DNA from: Paraglaciecola sp.
Lineage (GTDB): Bacteria > Pseudomonadota > Gammaproteobacteria > Enterobacterales > Alteromonadaceae
Assembly: GCF_039942875.1 (NCBI RefSeq)
Contig: NZ_JBDVBQ010000046.1
Coordinates: 61,660 to 125,659, forward strand
Direction of reading: 5' to 3'
Length of the DNA: 64,000 nt
Positions 50,570 to 60,884 of this stretch are shown piece after piece (position 1 is the stretch's first letter; the number at the start of each line of letters is the position of its first letter). A program made the position numbers and the translations under genes. Under the pieces are notes generated by a model that saw only the letters and a program-made list of their open reading frames with translations, had not been told where the DNA came from and did no database searches.

Positions 50570-50767
50570 ATGAGTAACTGGTACGAACCCATTTTATTTG
50601 GATTCACATTAATCGCGTTTGTTTTGGGTATGACTAGCCTTATTATGAGTTTTTTGCCTGTTAAAGAAGGCGAAGATCCTATGCAGTCTAGAGTTGAATA
50701 TGGATTTTTTGGTGTTTCAGGTTTAGTGCTGTTTATCGTATTTATTTACGCTTTGGCTGTTGCTTAA
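50570..50767 (+). CDS. Small two-TM membrane protein
   Basis: 65 aa with two hydrophobic helices. There is an AGGA-containing sequence upstream. No family was recognised. Confidence 0.4.
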   Translation: MSNWYEPILFGFTLIAFVLGMTSLIMSFLPVKEGEDPMQSRVEYGFFGVSGLVLFIVFIYALAVA

Positions 50768-50768
50768 A

Positions 50769-52016
50769 CTATTGTTGGGGCCTGTCACTGACACGTTGAT
50801 AGGCTCTTAGTTTGAAGGTTGGCAATATAGCTAACAGATGATCAAAAATGTCGCTTTGTATCCCTTCATAGTTTTGCCATTTTTTATCTGCACAGAAACA
50901 ATAAATTTCGATAGGCACACCTAACTCGGTAGCCGGCATTTGGCGCACAATTAACGTCATTTCTTTATTAATCATTGGATGATTTTGTAGATACGCACGC
51001 ATATAGGCTCGTAAGGTCCCGATATTTGTAAGCCTGCGGCTGTTAACTAAATCTTCTGTGTCAATATTTTGAGCTTTGTGGAAAGCTTGTAACTCCTCAA
51101 GTTTGTGCTGAATATAAGCCTTGATATAGCGAATGTTTGAAAACTCTTGCAACATCTCTTGGTCACAAAACTTAATACTCTGAATATCAATGTAAACAGA
51201 GCGCTTTATACGTCTGCCTCCAGACTCTGACATACCTCGCCAGTTTTTTACTGAGTCAGTGATTAGCGCATAAGTTGGGATGGTTGATATAGTTTTATCC
51301 CAGTTTTGAACTTTTACAGTAGTTAAGCCTACTTGTAGTACATCACCGTCAGCTCCATATTTTGGCATTTCTATCCAATCGCCAGTGTTTACCATACGAT
51401 TAGCCGCAATCTGAATGCCCGCAACGAAGCCTAATATGGTGTCTCTAAACAACAATAGTAAAATTGCGGTTACGGCACCTAAACCAGAAATTAGTAATAA
51501 TGGTGATTTATCTAATAGGTTGGAAATAATAAGCAGTGCGGCAACGACAATTATGAACAGTTTACCAACCTGTATAAAGCCTGTTATGGGGGCTTTTTTG
51601 GCTAAGTTCGAGGCATTGTATGTATCTTCAACGGTATTAAGTATGGCGCTCGCGGCTAGTACTGAGGCAACTAATACATACACCACAGCTGATTTTTGTA
51701 AAAACGTTAGTAGTAGTACATTGTCTATCAATAAAGAGCTTAATAAATATAGCAATATAGCAGGAACGATATGGCCTACTCTTCTAAAAAAGTTATGCTT
51801 GTGTAACTCATCATCAAAGGTATTTTTGCTTTTGCTTATTATTTTGCGAATACGGCTATGAAGTATGCTTTTTGTTAGCCAGTTGCTAGTCCAAGCCAAC
51901 AGTAATATAGCTACTAGCGCTGTGACTTGGAAAACCCAACTTTGTTCTGATACGTGAAAGCCAAAATATTCTATCAGTGATAACAATTTTTGACTGAGGT
52001 ACTCACTCTTTTCCAT
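50769..52016 (-). CDS. ybdG: Mechanosensitive channel, YbdG/MscM-like
   Basis: 415 aa that resembles YbdG (EMPKYGADGDV..VGLTTVKVQNWD, GGRRIKRS). Confidence 0.88.
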   Translation of the reverse strand: MEKSEYLSQKLLSLIEYFGFHVSEQSWVFQVTALVAILLLAWTSNWLTKSILHSRIRKIISKSKNTFDDELHKHNFFRRVGHIVPAILLYLLSSLLIDNVLLLTFLQKSAVVYVLVASVLAASAILNTVEDTYNASNLAKKAPITGFIQVGKLFIIVVAALLIISNLLDKSPLLLISGLGAVTAILLLLFRDTILGFVAGIQIAANRMVNTGDWIEMPKYGADGDVLQVGLTTVKVQNWDKTISTIPTYALITDSVKNWRGMSESGGRRIKRSVYIDIQSIKFCDQEMLQEFSNIRYIKAYIQHKLEELQAFHKAQNIDTEDLVNSRRLTNIGTLRAYMRAYLQNHPMINKEMTLIVRQMPATELGVPIEIYCFCADKKWQNYEGIQSDIFDHLLAILPTFKLRAYQRVSDRPQQ

Positions 52017-52034
52017 TTCAATCTCGATAGATGT

Positions 52035-52970
52035 TTAATCGTTAGTCGCTGCTGGTTTATCTGTGTTGTTGTTATCTGACATTGACTGTAGGCGTTGGTC
52101 TTTTTGCAACCATAGACCCGTTAGCCAGCGTTGAAACTTCACTCTTTGCTCTGGGTTATTGAAATAATCAGGCCCATAAATATCATTTCTCAATATGTCT
52201 TCGATTGAATGAGTTTGAATATCTACTTTGATATAGCTCACTTTACCACACGCAAAATCCCAGAAACTAGGCGTACCCTGAGGGTAATGTATGGTGACAT
52301 CTAACAATTTATGGAGTTGCTCGCCCATTGCACCTAACACAAACGCCATCCCTCCCGCTTTGGGTTTAAGTAAGTGTTGAAATTGACCAGAGAGTCGCTG
52401 CTGTTTTTCTTCTGTTAAGCGAGTCCCTTCAACAAAATTCATAATACTGACAGGTTTGTATTTGAATTTTTCGCAAGCTTTGCGAGTGTTTTCTAAGTCT
52501 TTGCCTTTTAAATGTGGTTTTTTAGCGATGAGTTTTTTGCTGTACCTATGCATAAATGGAAAATCTAGCGCCCACCAAGCTACCCCTAAAAATGGCACCC
52601 AAATTAACTCCTTTTTTAAGAAAAACTTCAAAAATGGAATTTTGCGATTAAATACTCTCTGTAACACTAAAATATCTACCCAAGACCTATGATTAGATAT
52701 GACTAAATACCAGTCTTTTTGACTTAAGCCTTCTAACCCAGTGACCTCAATTTTGGTTCTGCTAAATAGAAATTGATTACAGCTGTTAACGCTTATCCAA
52801 AGTGTGGCGCATCCATCTAACAGGTAGGACATAAAAGTTCGCCATATCTCAATGGGAATAAGTTTAAGAAATGAAAAAATCAAGATAGGAATTAACCAAA
52901 AAATGGTATTAAAGAAATAAATGATAACGGACAGTGCGCCCAACAATGAAAAAAACATGGTATTCAACAT
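52035..52970 (-). CDS. yihG: Acyltransferase, YihG-like (PlsC family)
   Basis: It has the HX4D motif (NHRSWVD). GLEGLS...WY and FVEGTR resemble YihG. Confidence 0.85.
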   Translation of the reverse strand: MLNTMFFSLLGALSVIIYFFNTIFWLIPILIFSFLKLIPIEIWRTFMSYLLDGCATLWISVNSCNQFLFSRTKIEVTGLEGLSQKDWYLVISNHRSWVDILVLQRVFNRKIPFLKFFLKKELIWVPFLGVAWWALDFPFMHRYSKKLIAKKPHLKGKDLENTRKACEKFKYKPVSIMNFVEGTRLTEEKQQRLSGQFQHLLKPKAGGMAFVLGAMGEQLHKLLDVTIHYPQGTPSFWDFACGKVSYIKVDIQTHSIEDILRNDIYGPDYFNNPEQRVKFQRWLTGLWLQKDQRLQSMSDNNNTDKPAATND

Positions 52971-53185
52971 AACTACTACTCCAAAACTTGCCCAAGTTTA
53001 AACTAAAATCATTCCAAATATGTAGTAGTTCTTTATTAGGGATTTAAGAGTTATAAATGTTTTGTAACACTTGGGGGTAGGAACTATTAAGTAATAACCA
53101 AGCCTGATGGGTATAAAGTCTTTTAAAGTGTGAGTTTGTATATCATTATTCCATTTGAAATTTTATTAGAAGGATATTTTTCGTA

Positions 53186-56065
53186 GTGAAAAAACATATT
53201 TTATTAACTGCTGGTATCGCAGCTATTTTGAGTTTAAACGCGTGCAGTGTGAAAGAGTCACATATTGATTCTTCATCTTCAAGCAATGACATCGTGGTTC
53301 CGGCTGGTTTTAAAAAAATTACTTCTGTGGTGAAAAACTCAGAAGAACTGGTTATTCCTTTTAATAAATATGAGTTAGACAATGGTTTAACTGTGGTGTT
53401 ACACCCAGATAAATCAGATCCCTTGGTGCATGTTGATGTGACTTACCATGTTGGCTCTGGCAGAGAAGAAGCTGGAAAGTCTGGTTTTGCCCACTTTTTT
53501 GAGCATATGATGTTTCAAGGTTCTGAAAATGTAGCTGACGAACAGCACTTTGCTTTAATTACTGAGTCTGGAGGTACGTTAAACGGGTCAACCAACACTG
53601 ACCGCACTAATTACTACGAGACGGTACCAGCCAATCAACTGGAGCGTATGCTTTGGTTAGAGTCTGACCGCATGGGGTTTTTCCTTGATGCGGTAACCAC
53701 TGAAAAATTTGAAAATCAAAGAGAAACTGTTAAAAACGAACGGGGACAAAATTACGATAACCGTCCTTATGGATTGTTAAGAGAGCGTATAAATGAGGCA
53801 ATGTATCCTGAAGGACACCCCTATTCATGGTTAACAATAGGTTATATTGAAGACTTAAACCGAGCTGATTTAAATGACCTTAAGAAATTTTTCTTACGTT
53901 GGTATGGTCCAAATAACGCTACGTTAACCATAGGTGGGGATCTGGATGAAGCCCAAACTCTAGCTTGGGTAAAGAAATATTTTGGAGGTATTCCAAGAGG
54001 TCCGGAGGTGATTGACCCCACTTATACCCAAGTTACCTTGTCTGAAGACCGCTATATTTCAATGGAAGATAATGTTTCTTTACCTTTGATGTATATGGCA
54101 TTCCCTACTGTCCATCTGAATCACCCTGATGAAGCGCCTTTAGACGTTTTAATGTCTATTTTAGGCTCTGGTAAAACGTCTCTTTTATATAAAAATATGG
54201 TTAAAAATGGCAAGGCAGTTCAGGCCCAAGCGGGTCATGCTTGTCAGGAATTAAGTTGTCAATTTAGTTTATACGCTTTGCCTACTCCAGGGACATCATT
54301 AGCGGAATTAGAAACGATCGCACGAGCGTCGTTAGAGGAATTTGAGAGCCGCGGGGCTGAAGATGATGACCTTGAACGCGTCAAGGCTGGTATAGTATCA
54401 GGTATGGTATATGGCCTTGAAAGTGTTAGTGGTAAAGTCAGTCAGCTGGCTGCTTATCAAACATTTCGTAATAATCCAAATGGTATTGGTGATGATGTAG
54501 CTCGTTATGAGAATGTCACCAAAGACGATGTGATGAGAGTTTATAAAAAATACATCAAAAGCCAACATGCTGTTATCATGAGCATCGTACCCAATGGTCG
54601 AGGGGATAGTATCGTAAAGCCTGATACGTGGCAGCGTTACGAACGTACAATTCCGAAAAGTGGTGCAGAAACTGAGTTAGCATTGCGCCCAGGAAGTTCT
54701 GATTTTGACCGTTCAGTTGTACCTGCTTCAGGTAAGAATCCAAGTATTAGTGTCCCCGAGATTTATCGAACACAAACCAAAAATGGTATTCATGTTTTAG
54801 GCGCAATCAATAATGAAGTGCCAACCACTACAATTCGATTACTTATTCCTGCTGGGCAAACTAGAGAAACTGTTGAAAACTTAGGGTTAGCTTCGTTAAC
54901 TGCAGCCATGATGGGGGAGGCTACCTTGCAATCTAGTGCTGAAGACTTATCCAATCAATTGCAAAAGCTTGGCTCACAGGTAACTTTTAGTGCAGGAGAC
55001 CAGTTTACAACCGTTAATATCAGAACATTAACTAAAAATTTAGAAGCGACAGTTGCACTCGCAATTGAAAAACTAACCCAACCAAAATTTGCTCAAGACG
55101 ATTTCTTACGTTTGCAAAAACAGCAGATTGAAGGCTTAAAAAATGCCAAGAAAAACGCCAGTACTACAGCAACTAATACCTTTAACAAGCTAGTGTTTGG
55201 TGCAAATAATAGTTTTGCTTACGATGGAAACGGCATAATTGATACCGTTGAAAAGCTTACCTTAGATGATGTTAAGAGCTTTTACGCTCAGCACTACGGC
55301 CCTGCAAAATCAGAGTTAATAGTCGTGAGTAATCTTGATGAACAAGGTGTTAAGTTTGCGATATCTCCTTTAGAGTTATGGCAAGGTAAATCGAGCGACA
55401 ACCCTGAGATTAAGGCATTCCCAACGTTAGCCGCTGGAACTTTGTATTTTATTGATAAACCCGATGCTGCACAGTCAGAAATTCGTATTGGTAAGCGAGC
55501 TCTTAAGTATGACGCTACTGGAGAGTATTACCGAGCAGATTTAATGAATTACAATTTAGGTGGTGCCTTTAATAGTCGTATTAACTTAAATCTGCGAGAA
55601 GACAAAGGTTATACATACGGGGCTCGTTCGTTTTTTAGTGGTAATGACATACGTGGTTATTACAGAGCTCAAGCTGGCGTGCGTGCCGACACAACAGCGG
55701 ATTCTATTGTGCAATTTAGAAATGAAATTGAAGCATTTGCCGAGAAAGGTATGACTGCTCAAGAGCTACAATTTGTCAAAAATGCTATTGGTCAAAGAGA
55801 TGCTCGTAGCTTCGAAACACCTAGACAAAAGTTAGGCTTTTTATCAACTATAATGAATTATGATCTAGACACTTTTTTTAAAGATGAGCAAAACGCTATA
55901 CTCGCTAATATTACTAAAGATGAACTCAACGAGTTGGCGGCAAAACACCTTGACGTAAACAACATGATAACCGTTGTTGTGGGTGATAAAGCGACGGTCT
56001 TTGAGACCTTACAACCTTTGTTTAATAAAATTGTAGAATTGGATACTGAAGGTAATCCTTTATAA
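53186..56065 (+). CDS. M16-family zinc peptidase, two-unit (PqqL-like), lipoprotein
   Basis: It has a GTG start, a lipobox (LSLNAC) and the inverted zinc motif HFFEHMMFQG. The 959 aa comprise duplicated M16 modules. Confidence 0.9.
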   Translation: MKKHILLTAGIAAILSLNACSVKESHIDSSSSSNDIVVPAGFKKITSVVKNSEELVIPFNKYELDNGLTVVLHPDKSDPLVHVDVTYHVGSGREEAGKSGFAHFFEHMMFQGSENVADEQHFALITESGGTLNGSTNTDRTNYYETVPANQLERMLWLESDRMGFFLDAVTTEKFENQRETVKNERGQNYDNRPYGLLRERINEAMYPEGHPYSWLTIGYIEDLNRADLNDLKKFFLRWYGPNNATLTIGGDLDEAQTLAWVKKYFGGIPRGPEVIDPTYTQVTLSEDRYISMEDNVSLPLMYMAFPTVHLNHPDEAPLDVLMSILGSGKTSLLYKNMVKNGKAVQAQAGHACQELSCQFSLYALPTPGTSLAELETIARASLEEFESRGAEDDDLERVKAGIVSGMVYGLESVSGKVSQLAAYQTFRNNPNGIGDDVARYENVTKDDVMRVYKKYIKSQHAVIMSIVPNGRGDSIVKPDTWQRYERTIPKSGAETELALRPGSSDFDRSVVPASGKNPSISVPEIYRTQTKNGIHVLGAINNEVPTTTIRLLIPAGQTRETVENLGLASLTAAMMGEATLQSSAEDLSNQLQKLGSQVTFSAGDQFTTVNIRTLTKNLEATVALAIEKLTQPKFAQDDFLRLQKQQIEGLKNAKKNASTTATNTFNKLVFGANNSFAYDGNGIIDTVEKLTLDDVKSFYAQHYGPAKSELIVVSNLDEQGVKFAISPLELWQGKSSDNPEIKAFPTLAAGTLYFIDKPDAAQSEIRIGKRALKYDATGEYYRADLMNYNLGGAFNSRINLNLREDKGYTYGARSFFSGNDIRGYYRAQAGVRADTTADSIVQFRNEIEAFAEKGMTAQELQFVKNAIGQRDARSFETPRQKLGFLSTIMNYDLDTFFKDEQNAILANITKDELNELAAKHLDVNNMITVVVGDKATVFETLQPLFNKIVELDTEGNPL

Positions 56066-56088
56066 TTAATCGCTAGTCAATCGATACC

Positions 56089-56126
56089 TAGCCACCATTT
56101 TTCATCCATGGTGGCTACTTTGTTTG
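56089..56126 (+). terminator. Rho-independent terminator
   Basis: The stem tagccaccat...atggtggcta is followed by a T-rich tract. Confidence 0.7.
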
Positions 56127-56189
56127 AAGTTCAGTTCTATATGCGACCCTTGAGCCCTAGAAATTAAAGATAAGCAGGGAAGAACTGCA

Positions 56190-58376
56190 ATGATGAATCA
56201 AGCAAACGCCATTCTAAACAACGTATTCGGCTTTGAGCAGTTTCGAGAGTCCCAAGAAGCGATTATCAGCAACGTGTTACACAGGCAGAATACCTTGGCA
56301 ATTATGCCAACAGGTGGCGGTAAATCTTTGTGTTACCAAATCCCAGGTACAGTGTTTGATGGTTTGACAATTGTTATTTCACCTCTTATATCTTTGATGC
56401 AAGACCAAGTTAGGCAGCTTAACGAACTCGCCATACCAGCTTGCGTGCTGAATAGTTCGCTTTCAGACATCGATTATCAAAACAATTTAGATGGCATCAA
56501 ACAACAACAGATTAAGTTGTTGTTTCTAGCTCCAGAAACGGCGTTACAAACTAATATTTTAGACCTACTTAGTCATTGTGATGTGGCTTGTATTGCCATT
56601 GATGAAGCCCACTGTATTTCAGAGTGGGGTCACGACTTTCGCCCTGAATACCGTCAGCTAAATCGTCTTATTGAATGTTTTCCAACAGCCGTGTGTATCG
56701 CCTTAACAGCGACTGCTACGCCTAGAGTGCGAGAGGACATCAAGCGTCAGCTTAATATAATTGACAGTAGCGAGTTTATTTCTAGTTTTGACCGCCCCAA
56801 CTTGTTTATTAGTGTTGTTCCCAAAGATAATCCTTATCTACAATGTAAAAACTTCGTCGAACAACACCCGGAACAGTCGGGGATCATTTATTGCCAATCC
56901 CGTTCCGGTGTAGATGAACTAACCGCTAAGTTAAAACGAGATGGGTTTTCTGTCTTGCCCTATCATGCGGGACTAAGCAGTATCAAACGCAGTGACTATC
57001 AAGAACGTTTTATTCGAGATGACGTAAGCATCATAGTGGCGACCATTGCCTTTGGCATGGGCATTAACAAACCCGATGTGCGTTACGTATTACATTACGA
57101 TTTGCCAAAAAATATTGAAGGGTATTATCAACAAATTGGTCGCGCAGGTCGTGATGGTTTATCTGCCGATTGTTTATTGTTATTTGGTTATGGCGACACG
57201 GGTAAAATTCGATTTTTTATCGAACAAATGAGTAACGAGCAGGAAAAACGTTTGGCTAACGTACACCTTAATCAAATGTTAGCGTTGGCCGAGGCTGAAG
57301 ATTGCAGGCGCTCGCCACTACTAGAATATTTTGGCGAAAAGTCAGTTAAAGAAAATTGCGCTAACTGTGATAACTGCACTGGTGAAAGCAAAGAGAAATC
57401 TGATTTAACCGTACCCGCCCAGAAGTTTTTATCTTGCGTGCATCGCACTGGTCAACGATTTGGTGCTAGCCATATTATCGATGTATTGCGCGGCTCTAGT
57501 GCCGAGAAGGTATTACAAAACCAGCATAACTTGCTTTCAACCTACAACATTGGCAATGAGTTTAATAAAAAGCAATGGATGGCTCTGGCGCGGCAGCTGA
57601 TCCACAAAGGTTTACTCAACCAAGAAGAACAATTTGGTGGTTTAAAGCTTACTCAAAAAGCCGCAGACGTGTTAAAAGGGAAAGTGCCATTTTTTGCTTT
57701 GTTGCAGCAACCTGTTGCTACCAGTAGGCATGTATCTAAAACACTCGCTAACCCTGGTGATCAGCAATTGGTTGCCATATTAAAAGCTGACCGTAAACGT
57801 TTAGCCGATGAAGCAAACCTGCCGCCTTATGCGGTTTTCTCTGACCGCACACTTAACGAAATGGCTTATTACTTTCCTCATTCTCAAGAGAGCTTGTTAC
57901 GTATTCATGGAGTAGGGCAGGCTAAGCTAGATAAATACGGAGATCATTTCCTCGCTATGATTACCGAATATTGTCAGCAAAATAATATTGGTGAAGTGGT
58001 TAATACCCAAACGGCGAGCAAAGCCATTGTGAGTAAAAGTAGCTCTGCTAACTCCAGTAGCCGTAGTGCAGAAATTGTTAGCGCTTATCAGGCGGGGAAA
58101 TCCATTGCGTCTTTAGCTAAGCAGTTTAAGGTAAAAGACGGCACCATCATTAATCACCTGTATCGGTATGTGCAAGATGGACATAAGCTTGAACAGCCCA
58201 CATTGTTGATGGAGCAATCAGGATTGAGTCAAGGTCAAATCGATTCAGCTTTAGCGGCATTTGCTAAACATTCCCACGAGCGTTTAAAACCTGTTTATGA
58301 CGGGCTGAATGAACAAGTGAGTTATGACCAGTTACATTTACTTAGGATTTATTTTGTTAATCAGTTGGCTGAATAA
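56190..58376 (+). CDS. RecQ-family helicase paralog with extra C-terminal HTH-like domain
   Basis: It has a full RecQ core (PTGGGKSLCYQ, DEAHCISEWGHDFR, CANCDNC) and HRDC. A Ser-rich linker and an extra domain of about 110 aa follow (SIASLAKQFKVKDGTIINHLYRY). Confidence 0.9.
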   Translation: MMNQANAILNNVFGFEQFRESQEAIISNVLHRQNTLAIMPTGGGKSLCYQIPGTVFDGLTIVISPLISLMQDQVRQLNELAIPACVLNSSLSDIDYQNNLDGIKQQQIKLLFLAPETALQTNILDLLSHCDVACIAIDEAHCISEWGHDFRPEYRQLNRLIECFPTAVCIALTATATPRVREDIKRQLNIIDSSEFISSFDRPNLFISVVPKDNPYLQCKNFVEQHPEQSGIIYCQSRSGVDELTAKLKRDGFSVLPYHAGLSSIKRSDYQERFIRDDVSIIVATIAFGMGINKPDVRYVLHYDLPKNIEGYYQQIGRAGRDGLSADCLLLFGYGDTGKIRFFIEQMSNEQEKRLANVHLNQMLALAEAEDCRRSPLLEYFGEKSVKENCANCDNCTGESKEKSDLTVPAQKFLSCVHRTGQRFGASHIIDVLRGSSAEKVLQNQHNLLSTYNIGNEFNKKQWMALARQLIHKGLLNQEEQFGGLKLTQKAADVLKGKVPFFALLQQPVATSRHVSKTLANPGDQQLVAILKADRKRLADEANLPPYAVFSDRTLNEMAYYFPHSQESLLRIHGVGQAKLDKYGDHFLAMITEYCQQNNIGEVVNTQTASKAIVSKSSSANSSSRSAEIVSAYQAGKSIASLAKQFKVKDGTIINHLYRYVQDGHKLEQPTLLMEQSGLSQGQIDSALAAFAKHSHERLKPVYDGLNEQVSYDQLHLLRIYFVNQLAE

Positions 58377-58498
58377 CGAGTTTTCTGACTGCCTCAGCAG
58401 CCCTATCGAGCTCTAACACCCCGAACGTACAAGCTTTACTCAAATTCATACTTTTTGCGTAAGCGCATACGCTCACTGTCAATTTTACTCAGCAGTGC

Positions 58499-60565
58499 CT
58501 AAATAACCGGTTTATCACTTATATCATTAAACTCATAGCGCACCTCTTCTAGACCCCACAAACTAATGCCAGAATCTTCTGGCAGTTGTTGCAATAAGCT
58601 TTGCGCCTGTTCGAATTGCCCGGCATAAATCGACAAGAAAAATTCAAATGCAGCCATGGATTGATAAAAATCATATGAGGCAGGATGGGCTAATTTATAT
58701 TCTGCTATAAGTTGTAAGACTTGTTCGGCCAGTTTTTTTGCTTGATTGGTATCGCCCAATTTGCGCAAAAAGCTAATGTACGAACCCGTAACATTTAATT
58801 GCTCAATTGAGGGGGTAGGCGGGATCAATTGTTTGACCCGCCTTTTTAACTCACCAAGCTGTTCACTCTTTCGCGCAATATCGATTAATACCATGGCGTC
58901 TTCTGAATAAATGTTGAAATATTGATTGGGCACCATTGCATTCCACAACTCATCAAGTGATTTGTTTGGCAAAGAGTAACCATTAATGTAAGCCGCCGTA
59001 TAACTGAAAGTCCCCCAGTATCCGTTACTGATCATATCGATATTGTCTAACAACGTTTGAGCGCTCTGGTGTAGGCCTAGTTTGTTTAAGTAATAAAAAT
59101 AGGTATAAGTGTTGCGTTGGTTGGGGTTCTCTTTATGAAGGCGTTGCGCGGTCAATAAGCCTAGCTCAGGGTTTATGTATGAGACATAACGAGAAACGTC
59201 TTCTGTTGTGGCATTTAGTTTAAAATCTTGCGCGTCTTCAGGTGACAAACACCGCAACAAAAAATATTGCAGGCGGTTTTTGTAGACTAACTCTAGCGCT
59301 GCAGGGGCAATACTATCGACAAATTTTGCAATATCTTCGCAAGGTGAATAAAGTGTTACAAGAGTAGTAAAATACTGAAACTGAAAATCATAATCAAAGG
59401 GATAAGCCCGAATCGCCTTTTGGTAAAGTTGTACGGCTTTATCGGTTAGTTGGGCATAATCGTCGTAGCTTACGGCCAAGGATAAAATTGCATCGCGGTT
59501 TAAAGGGTCCAGCGCTAAAGCTTGCTCAGCAAAGCCAATAATCTGCACATCAGTCACATCATCATTTTCCGTATTCGACACATCAACAACCCCCACATAG
59601 GCGGCTAGACCCAAAATAGCTGATGTATCAGGGTATTGCTCAAGCAATGTATTTAAGATCAGTTTGGCCTGATTAATATCCGCGGTTGTTTCACGGTTTG
59701 CTAGAGCACGGGCGATAACTAACTGTTCAACGGCTTTATAATCCAGTTTATCTAGGGCCGCTGCATAGCGGTCATCCTGATGGATAAGTTTGAGTTTGAG
59801 TGCCGACGCCACTTGATCACTGACTTCTTCTTGTAATACAAACACATCTTCGAGTTTACGATCAAAGGTATCCGAGAAAAGATGGGCACCTGATTTAGCA
59901 TCAATCAGTTGTACTGTAATGCGCAGATTGTTGTGACTTTTACGTACACTACCTTCAATTAAATAATCGGCTTTGAGCTCAGCAGCAATCACGGTTAAAT
60001 CTTTTTGCACATTTTTATAGGCAAAACTGGTGGTGCGCCCCAGTACCTTTAAATCACGAATACGTACCAGTGTATTCAGCAGCTCTTCGGTCAGGCCATC
60101 AACAAAGATGTCTTGCTCGGGCTCATTACTCAGGTTTAAAAATGGTAATACCGCTAGTACTTTGGTTTGGTTTTGGGTAGTAACTAATTCAGCTTCCGGC
60201 ACTAATGGTGTGGCTGGAGTAGATAACCACAATTTATCGACCGCAAGATAAACCAACAGTAACACCACCACACTCACTAACCAAAGGTTGATTTTTCGCC
60301 CGGTTTGGTTGGTGATGGAAGTGCCTTGCTCGACATCGTTGGTGGGGCGAGTGCCCTCTGGGGTCAATTCAAAGGCCCAAGCAAAAATACAAGCAATGGG
60401 AAATCCTATCATAAACACCACAGTAACAATGGTGCCAAACATGGTGGGTAATTTTAGAAAAGGGGAAATGACGGAAATGATTTGCATCACTAACCAAGCG
60501 GTGACCAGATACACACTGGCGACTTTTACTACATTGCGGCGTATAAGTTCCTTGAAAAATGACAT
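58499..60565 (-). CDS. Membrane-anchored TolB-N-like/TPR-like protein
   Basis: Two N-terminal TM segments are followed by VLAVLPFLNLS...DIFVDGLTEELLNTL. The C-terminal helical repeat region is long. Confidence 0.65.
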   Translation of the reverse strand: MSFFKELIRRNVVKVASVYLVTAWLVMQIISVISPFLKLPTMFGTIVTVVFMIGFPIACIFAWAFELTPEGTRPTNDVEQGTSITNQTGRKINLWLVSVVVLLLVYLAVDKLWLSTPATPLVPEAELVTTQNQTKVLAVLPFLNLSNEPEQDIFVDGLTEELLNTLVRIRDLKVLGRTTSFAYKNVQKDLTVIAAELKADYLIEGSVRKSHNNLRITVQLIDAKSGAHLFSDTFDRKLEDVFVLQEEVSDQVASALKLKLIHQDDRYAAALDKLDYKAVEQLVIARALANRETTADINQAKLILNTLLEQYPDTSAILGLAAYVGVVDVSNTENDDVTDVQIIGFAEQALALDPLNRDAILSLAVSYDDYAQLTDKAVQLYQKAIRAYPFDYDFQFQYFTTLVTLYSPCEDIAKFVDSIAPAALELVYKNRLQYFLLRCLSPEDAQDFKLNATTEDVSRYVSYINPELGLLTAQRLHKENPNQRNTYTYFYYLNKLGLHQSAQTLLDNIDMISNGYWGTFSYTAAYINGYSLPNKSLDELWNAMVPNQYFNIYSEDAMVLIDIARKSEQLGELKRRVKQLIPPTPSIEQLNVTGSYISFLRKLGDTNQAKKLAEQVLQLIAEYKLAHPASYDFYQSMAAFEFFLSIYAGQFEQAQSLLQQLPEDSGISLWGLEEVRYEFNDISDKPVI

Positions 60566-60884
60566 GTTGTTCCGTGCTTAATTTTATCGTGAATTCATTT
60601 CACATTGCTCGCAACCGTAACTGCATGGCCGACTCTTAAAGTGTTAGTGTTTGTTATATCACCAGCTATCTTTAAAGTGAATGCTTGATTAAGTGAAAAT
60701 AATGATAAACAGTCATGTGGGCCTAAAGTATTTTTACAATAGTTTCAATAAACAAGCGAACGACTAATAATGACTTTTACTTAGAATTTATTTGTTCAAC
60801 AGTTGGTTAAATAACCCCCACTAGTGCTGGCCAACGAAATCAGCTAAAATGCGCGCCCTAAATTTCAACATTGGCAAAGTAATA

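Noticed and set aside
51415-51861. A 148 aa ORF antisense to the ybdG-like channel gene. Similar long nested or antisense ORFs occur at 23317-23682, 18419-18760, 3036-3359, 37221-37526, 24790-25092 and 62932-63243.
   Set aside because: Each lies entirely inside a well-supported conserved gene. None has a recognisable motif or RBS. Their low-complexity, Ser/Thr/Ala/Leu-rich composition is typical of alternative or opposite frames of real genes.
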